A stretch of DNA of 64,000 nucleotides, from the IMG/VR virus record IMGVR_UViG_3300042397_003635; one strand, written 5' to 3'. The notes below the pieces were generated by a model. The model saw only the letters and a program-made list of their open reading frames with translations, made no database searches and was not told the origin of the DNA. Below are positions 58,847 to 64,000 of this stretch, piece by piece (position 1 is the first letter of the stretch; each line of letters opens with the position of its first letter). The stretch comes from a virus. Taxonomy: Duplodnaviria; Caudoviricetes. The translations under genes and the position numbers were made by a program.

Positions 58847-60558
58847 TATGACTTATATGGGTTTTGGCTAGTTATTTTACCTCCTTGTTTTCTTTGGTTT
58901 ACAATTGATGAAACTGTAGAATCGCCTGGAAAAACATCAAACCTAATAGATCCAGTAGATTTAGTTGTATTATTTACAAAAACATCGGTCTTAATTGGCG
59001 ATGCATATTGAGAAGACTTTCCAGGAAAAATATCATTCTTAATTGGCGGAGCCTTTCTATTATCAGCGCCAGTAAATTCATCTCTTGTAATTTTTGGAGC
59101 CTTACGGTTATCTGTTCCAGTAAACATGTCCACGTTTATTGGTAAGGCTGTCCTAATATCGGTTCCTTCAAAAACATCGCTATTCAGTGGAGTTACTCGA
59201 CGTCCATTAACCACGTCTTCAACTGATATGCTTGGCCCATATGGATTTATTTTAAGACCATTTTCTCCTAGGAAATTATTAACACCACTTTCAAAATTCT
59301 GCTGTACTCCTTGTAGAGCATCATTTAACAATCTCTGTGGAGTACCTAAAACATTAGCAAGCTTATTTTTTGCTGCGGTTAATACTCTAGTAACTCCTCC
59401 AGTAAATGGCCCAAGGTTAAGTGCTCCATTAAGGGCGCTAGTAATAGACGTAGTTACAAATGAATTTGGTTCTCCTAGTGATGCAAAACCAAATGACTGA
59501 TCACCAAAATGGGTCGCAGGTAAAACTCGTTTAATTTTAATCTTAAATTGTGGTTGAAAACTTGAATCGCTTACGCTAGATTTTACTCCAGATGAATAGC
59601 TGTCAAGAAATCCAGAAAAATCAAAGGTGCAACCTACACATCTAAATCCAATTCCACCGAAATTAATTTGTGCACTAAATGTGTCATCATAAAAAGCATT
59701 TGGTCCAAATCCTAATCCAATATTAATTCCGCTAGTATCTACTCCACTTTTTAGAAATCTTAAATCCATTAAGTATAAATCCATTGAAAATTGTTCAAGG
59801 TTATGCGGTAAAATCTTTCTATTATTAAATGAATCCCAAGAAAGCATTTTATAGTAGTGAGCAAGTTTAGTTATTCTTAAGTCAACACTTTCTTCACACT
59901 TTATTGTAATTACCGACTCTGCTACGCTATGCTTATATGACGCATCCCATAAAGAGTTAAGACCATCTATTTCTTTAAATGTCCATGGAGATTGTGTTAA
60001 AATTAGATTTAGTAAATTTTTAAATTCTGCTAAATAATAACCTCTATTAATATCAGTGACATCTGGTTTAATTCCATCAATTGTTGAGTTTGCTCGGTTC
60101 TTTAGTGGAACGCTGTTTGACCATTTTTCTTCATAATCATCATCTAGCGTTTCATTTCCAAAGTGGTTTAGATATTGAATTGCACTAGCTTCGCTTGGAT
60201 CACTTGCTAATTTTGTAAAGTTTTTTCCATCGTTTCTAATGGCCATCGATCCGGTTTCAACGTTAAGTGAACCTTCTTCTGGGAAATAGAAAAGAGGGTT
60301 TGCTCGCAATCCAGTAAAAGGATTTTCAATATCTTTTGCTTCGGAATTAGTTGAATGTATATCAATATAGAAACCAAAGTAAGTTGGATCTTCATTTCCA
60401 ACACTTTCTGTTCTACCGTTTCTAAATGCATAAATTATATTAGGTAGCTCATTGGTTCTTTTGTCAAATATTGAGGAGATTGCTGCCCCATACTTATTAC
60501 TATTAGAGCTATTTCCGCTTAGCGCATTCTGGATTCCTGATAAAGCATCACTTGGCAT
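58846..60558 (-). CDS. Putative baseplate/tail-tube junction protein (570 aa) with C-terminal 16-aa repeats
   Basis: Sits between the hub-like gene and the gp5-like gene; EDPTYFGFYI and ITIKCEESVDLRI segments. Confidence 0.5.
   Translation of the reverse strand: MPSDALSGIQNALSGNSSNSNKYGAAISSIFDKRTNELPNIIYAFRNGRTESVGNEDPTYFGFYIDIHSTNSEAKDIENPFTGLRANPLFYFPEEGSLNVETGSMAIRNDGKNFTKLASDPSEASAIQYLNHFGNETLDDDYEEKWSNSVPLKNRANSTIDGIKPDVTDINRGYYLAEFKNLLNLILTQSPWTFKEIDGLNSLWDASYKHSVAESVITIKCEESVDLRITKLAHYYKMLSWDSFNNRKILPHNLEQFSMDLYLMDLRFLKSGVDTSGINIGLGFGPNAFYDDTFSAQINFGGIGFRCVGCTFDFSGFLDSYSSGVKSSVSDSSFQPQFKIKIKRVLPATHFGDQSFGFASLGEPNSFVTTSITSALNGALNLGPFTGGVTRVLTAAKNKLANVLGTPQRLLNDALQGVQQNFESGVNNFLGENGLKINPYGPSISVEDVVNGRRVTPLNSDVFEGTDIRTALPINVDMFTGTDNRKAPKITRDEFTGADNRKAPPIKNDIFPGKSSQYASPIKTDVFVNNTTKSTGSIRFDVFPGDSTVSSIVNQRKQGGKITSQNPYKS
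58915..59195 (-). repeat. Six ~16-aa coding repeats (P-I-x-x-D-x-F-x-G-x-D-x-R)
   Basis: PLNSDVFEGTDIRTAL PINVDMFTGTDNRKAP KITRDEFTGADNRKAP PIKNDIFPGKSSQYAS PIKTDVFVNNTTKSTG SIRFDVFPG. Confidence 0.85.
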
Positions 60559-60560
60559 AA

Positions 60561-62117
60561 TTATGCATTAATATTTTTTAATCTTTCAGTTTCTAAATAA
60601 GAATCTGGTTTTACGTCTAGCCACTCTCTTTTTGCTAATACTAAAGTAGTTGACATTTTTGTATTGTCTAATTCCGAAAGTGCATCGTATTCATATATTA
60701 CGTCCTTTACATAATACAACCCTGACAAATAATAGTCATACGACTCTTGTGTAGTTGCTTCTGCTCCAGGGACCTCTTTAATATTATCATCAGTCTGCAT
60801 ATTTCTAGGATCGTCTGCACTCTTTAAATTTTTTATAACTACTCTAACCTTAACTCCACGAATAACATTTTGGTTCATACTAGGAATTTTTACAACCAAG
60901 TAATTTTTAGTTAATTCTGTTAAGTTGTGTAAATTTAGTAATTTAGCAAATTTATAGTTAGTATGACCATTGTTATAATCTATTCCCAGCCATCTTGCAG
61001 ATTGTTCGCCTTCTGTAAAGTTGTTGAGCATAGGCTTTTGGTATAAAACTTGATTATTAACAACCTCTCTTTTACTTAATGGCTCGTGGTAAAAAGACAA
61101 ATACTTACCAGTATTTAAGTATTCAGCTCGATCATGCCAGTTAATTTGTTTTTTATAGGCTTGAGTGGATAAAACTTCTCCGTGATTTGAATACATTGAA
61201 TATTCAACTATATTTAGAGCCGAACCTGATCTTTTTCTAGAACTATTTAGCTCAACATCAAAAAATTCATATTTTTTTTCCTTATTATCAGTTGTTGTTG
61301 TTGCGTCTAGGTTTGATAAGTTTGTTTGAGATGTTACATCTCCCGCAACAGCGTATTGGAATACTTTAGTTTCTGCACCCAATACCTTTTCAACATTAAT
61401 AAAATTTAAAATATAGTTTACATCAATAAATGAAGTAAAAAAACTAGTTTCATTTTTATATGCACGATCAGTTATATTTTTAATAAAATTTGCAACAGTT
61501 GAATTTGGATTTATCCAAGTCATTTCATCATTAGTTGACTCTTCGTTGGTTGCAAATCCAAGTTTTAAATCAGTTGCAATCTTTTTAAGAGCATCAATTG
61601 ACTTAAGTTTAGGTAAAGCTTTTATATTATCTCCATATAAACCTGGAATAAACAATGACCCAGTTATAGTGTAAATATTTTCTTGATTACTTCCAGTATA
61701 AGTATTATTCGTTGGACTTCCAACAATAGATTCAACTAAATAATCTCCCCTAATCATTTTTGTTTCAGGGTTATTTGATTTAACATATAACTTTAACAGT
61801 GGATTTCTTCTAGGAAAGTATCTTCCGCTAAATGCACCACTTTTATCAATAAAACTTAGAGTAATTTCAGGCAAAAATCCATTTTGGTATATGTTTAATG
61901 AGATAAAATCTCTCATCATTATACGATAATTATCAATTTCTGCATATGGAACAAGTGCACCAGCAACGTTTGCCACGTCTTGGCCAGCTTTTGATGAATC
62001 ATTAGACTGTCCACCCGATTGATTATTAAATCCCTTTATATCAGGTATTGCAATTGTATTAATCACCAGGGTAGGCTGAAATACGGTCGATAATGCGTTT
62101 GGATCAGTTGTTGCCAT
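60561..62117 (-). CDS. Putative baseplate hub protein (gp27/late-control-D-like, 518 aa)
   Basis: FLPEITLSFIDKSG, LKKIATDLKLGFATN, SFIDVNYILNFINV, YLSGLYYVKDVIY...TTLVLAKREW. Position between LysM/gp53-like and gp5-like genes. Confidence 0.55.
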   Translation of the reverse strand: MATTDPNALSTVFQPTLVINTIAIPDIKGFNNQSGGQSNDSSKAGQDVANVAGALVPYAEIDNYRIMMRDFISLNIYQNGFLPEITLSFIDKSGAFSGRYFPRRNPLLKLYVKSNNPETKMIRGDYLVESIVGSPTNNTYTGSNQENIYTITGSLFIPGLYGDNIKALPKLKSIDALKKIATDLKLGFATNEESTNDEMTWINPNSTVANFIKNITDRAYKNETSFFTSFIDVNYILNFINVEKVLGAETKVFQYAVAGDVTSQTNLSNLDATTTTDNKEKKYEFFDVELNSSRKRSGSALNIVEYSMYSNHGEVLSTQAYKKQINWHDRAEYLNTGKYLSFYHEPLSKREVVNNQVLYQKPMLNNFTEGEQSARWLGIDYNNGHTNYKFAKLLNLHNLTELTKNYLVVKIPSMNQNVIRGVKVRVVIKNLKSADDPRNMQTDDNIKEVPGAEATTQESYDYYLSGLYYVKDVIYEYDALSELDNTKMSTTLVLAKREWLDVKPDSYLETERLKNINA

Positions 62118-62686
62118 TATTGATTAAAGATTTTAGCTTCAATTAAAGTTTTTAATACCTTTGACCTTGAGATTGGAGTTGGGCAGTCTGCTTTATTAAC
62201 ATTAGTAACATCTGCTCCGAATATAATATTTCCATCTTTTATTCTTATATTCTGATCTTTAGGTAAGGTTACATTTGGTGCAACTTTAGATGATGCTTTT
62301 TGCGTTAAATAATTAAGTCTAGATTTATCTGCAGTTGAAGCTGGAACAATATTTGGAATTGCTTTGATTGAGCCTTTGTCAATGATACTAAGCGCATTTT
62401 TAAAAAAATTTGCAGGATTTTTTGGTACAATCAATATTTGCCCTGCATAAATTGAAAATGGATTAGATATGCCATTATATTTACATAAAACATCCAAATA
62501 GTTTGGATTATTATAATAATAATCTGAAATAATATCAGGTCTCATTTGTTCCTCTTCTGAAACAACGTGTTTCCATGAACTTAGGGTATCTACTGTAAAA
62601 AATGAAAATATATTTGCGCCCAATATTCTTTCTGTGAAACTACCAGTTTTAAGAGGTTTACCAATAAGAAGTCTTAAATTAATCAT
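62117..62686 (-). CDS. Baseplate wedge protein, gp53/LysM-like
   Basis: EEEQMRPDIISDYYY...LCKYNGISNPFSIYAGQILIVP. Confidence 0.75.
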   Translation of the reverse strand: MINLRLLIGKPLKTGSFTERILGANIFSFFTVDTLSSWKHVVSEEEQMRPDIISDYYYNNPNYLDVLCKYNGISNPFSIYAGQILIVPKNPANFFKNALSIIDKGSIKAIPNIVPASTADKSRLNYLTQKASSKVAPNVTLPKDQNIRIKDGNIIFGADVTNVNKADCPTPISRSKVLKTLIEAKIFNQ

Positions 62687-62703
62687 ATAACAATTTTAAT
62701 ATT

Positions 62704-64000
62704 TTATGAACCTTGTGTTGTTGTAATTTGAGTTCCGTTATCTTGCGACCCAGTTGGCAGGTCCTTTGCTGCACTAGGAATGTAGAAATATACATCATTA
62801 ACTAGTGACTGGGTATCTGGTGTCCACATAGCTTCGCCCCATCTATTTTTAATCCAGGACTCTGCTCTAACCATATTTACATTGGTATTTGTTCCAGCCC
62901 CTTCCGTTGACCCGGCTGCTCTTCCTGTTTGATCGGTTGCTTGCGTGCCATATGTATTTAGTTGATCTTGGGTTGCACCAACTCGACTATCAACATAATC
63001 CGTTCTACCAAGATCAAATGCTCTTCTAATATCTGCGCTATCTCTAGGTTTAGTTCTTTTAAGTGTAACTACAAATTTCATTTCAGTTGGAAAATCATTT
63101 GGTCCAAGTTCATCTCCAAACGTACATGATCCACCGGTTACAACAATATCTCCCATTTGCATAATAGGATTCATTGGATTTCCTATTGTTATATGCCAGT
63201 TTCCGGTTGGCTGATTACCAACGGCTGATCTTCTTTGAACAAATGCTGGAAATGTTTCTCCAAGCGCTCTAGTAACAGCAATATTCATCGCTGTTTTGAG
63301 TGCTCCCGTATCTTTAACATTTTTAATATCGTTAAGACCTATTAGAGATCCTAATAAGTTTCCTCCAGCATCAATTGCTTCTCCACCTGCTTGTAGAGTA
63401 AAATCCAGTGCCGCATTAACTCTTGCCTTTGTAATTTGTGCAAGTGCATTAAATAATGCGTCTGGGTTAAATGCAGAGCCTTGCATAGAATTAGAAATTA
63501 GGGCCTGTTCAGTTTTAGTTAAAGCTAATCCAACTTTTTTATAATAAACATTTAATACTTCTAACCAATCTCCATCTGAATATGTTAATTCGAGCATATT
63601 CGCTAAAATATCTAGGGCAACTCTTCGCTGATCTAATCCAAAGTATGAATCTGTTCTAAATTCAAATGTTAATGACATTTCATCATCAAAATCTGGGGTC
63701 AATCCTCGACTTCTCATTAAAAATTGATTTTTAACGTTAACTGGTCCAAGTATTTGATTAAAGTATGCACCATTATCTGAATATAAGCCTTTGATAAAAT
63801 CCTGTCTCTTTTGTTCAATCGATGATTTACCGGTTGACGTGGCAACCCTTTCAAAGTTATCCTTTAATTGTTTTTGATATCCACTTTGACTTGGATTTAG
63901 ATCCATATCTGATGCAGTTAGCGCAATGTCTAATACCGAATTAAATAGAGGGTTAACTTTATCTGCACCCGCATCAGTAAATACCTTTTTTAGAGATTGT
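62704..64000 (-). CDS. Putative baseplate/tail protein, 5'-truncated at the right window edge
   Basis: The frame is open upstream of the track's Met at 63906 (QSLKKVFTDAGADKVNPLFNSVLDIALTASD). WHITIGNPMNPIMQMG...FGDELGPNDFPTEMKFVVTLK motif; baseplate cluster. Confidence 0.6.
   Translation of the reverse strand, partial: QSLKKVFTDAGADKVNPLFNSVLDIALTASDMDLNPSQSGYQKQLKDNFERVATSTGKSSIEQKRQDFIKGLYSDNGAYFNQILGPVNVKNQFLMRSRGLTPDFDDEMSLTFEFRTDSYFGLDQRRVALDILANMLELTYSDGDWLEVLNVYYKKVGLALTKTEQALISNSMQGSAFNPDALFNALAQITKARVNAALDFTLQAGGEAIDAGGNLLGSLIGLNDIKNVKDTGALKTAMNIAVTRALGETFPAFVQRRSAVGNQPTGNWHITIGNPMNPIMQMGDIVVTGGSCTFGDELGPNDFPTEMKFVVTLKRTKPRDSADIRRAFDLGRTDYVDSRVGATQDQLNTYGTQATDQTGRAAGSTEGAGTNTNVNMVRAESWIKNRWGEAMWTPDTQSLVNDVYFYIPSAAKDLPTGSQDNGTQITTTQGS

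Noticed and set aside
10087-63544. Other short track ORFs overlapping long genes (for example 12048, 16719, 21446, 24085, 25600, 33994, 47492, 52952, 59126, 63296)
   Set aside because: All are nested in or antisense to well-supported genes. The 52952-53275 repeat pattern only mirrors the sense-strand repeats.
1-64000. Eukaryotic giant virus or host chromosome origin, suggested by GroEL, DnaJ, RNR, PolB, SET and TSP1
   Set aside because: gp23, gp21, gp18, gp19, gp5, gp55, gp32, gp41 and gp46/47 homologs, coupled operons and intrinsic terminators identify a T4-like tailed phage.
1-64000. Alternative genetic code (TAG or TGA reassignment)
   Set aside because: Conserved genes translate full length in code 11, and TAG is used as a real stop (40646-40648, 57163-57165).
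1-64000. tRNA, rRNA or ribosomal protein bS21 gene
   Set aside because: Intergenic gaps are short and none shows cloverleaf or T-loop signatures. The sub-60-aa ORFs I translated do not resemble bS21. A tRNAscan-SE run would confirm.

Overview
This 64 kb window is the core region of a large AT-rich T4-like (myovirus-type) jumbo/huge bacteriophage using the standard genetic code. Minus-strand blocks carry virion genes: six or seven giant structural or adhesin-like proteins (1-18 kb), tail sheath, tail tube, major capsid protein, a prohead protease-scaffold fusion, gp5-like spike and baseplate proteins, plus a gp55-like late sigma factor, a RuvC-like resolvase and a DnaJ. Plus-strand blocks carry replication, nucleotide and host-takeover genes: 3'-5' exonuclease, GroEL, ribosomal protein bS1 homolog, NrdB/NrdA, gp32 SSB, RNase H, GroES, dUTPase, an N-terminal half of PolB, UvsX, gp41 helicase, gp47/gp46, a thymidylate-synthase-family enzyme and dCMP deaminase. 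A-rich leaders without Shine-Dalgarno sites and Bacteroidota-style FN3 domains suggest a Bacteroidota host (inference). Most notable observations: (1) the TS-family enzyme has Asp at the substrate-specificity position and resembles T4 gp42, hinting at modified cytosine; (2) T4-type late promoters (ATAAATA) repeatedly sit inside inverted repeats whose downstream arm covers the translation start, next to a phage-encoded bS1; (3) a virion protein with a thrombospondin-1-like module plus FN3, Ig and ASH domains; (4) a naturally split PolB; (5) a degenerate SET-fold gene between gp47 and gp46; (6) three palindromic TCAGWCTGA sites at the main divergent control region. All family calls come from motif recognition by eye; no database search was run.
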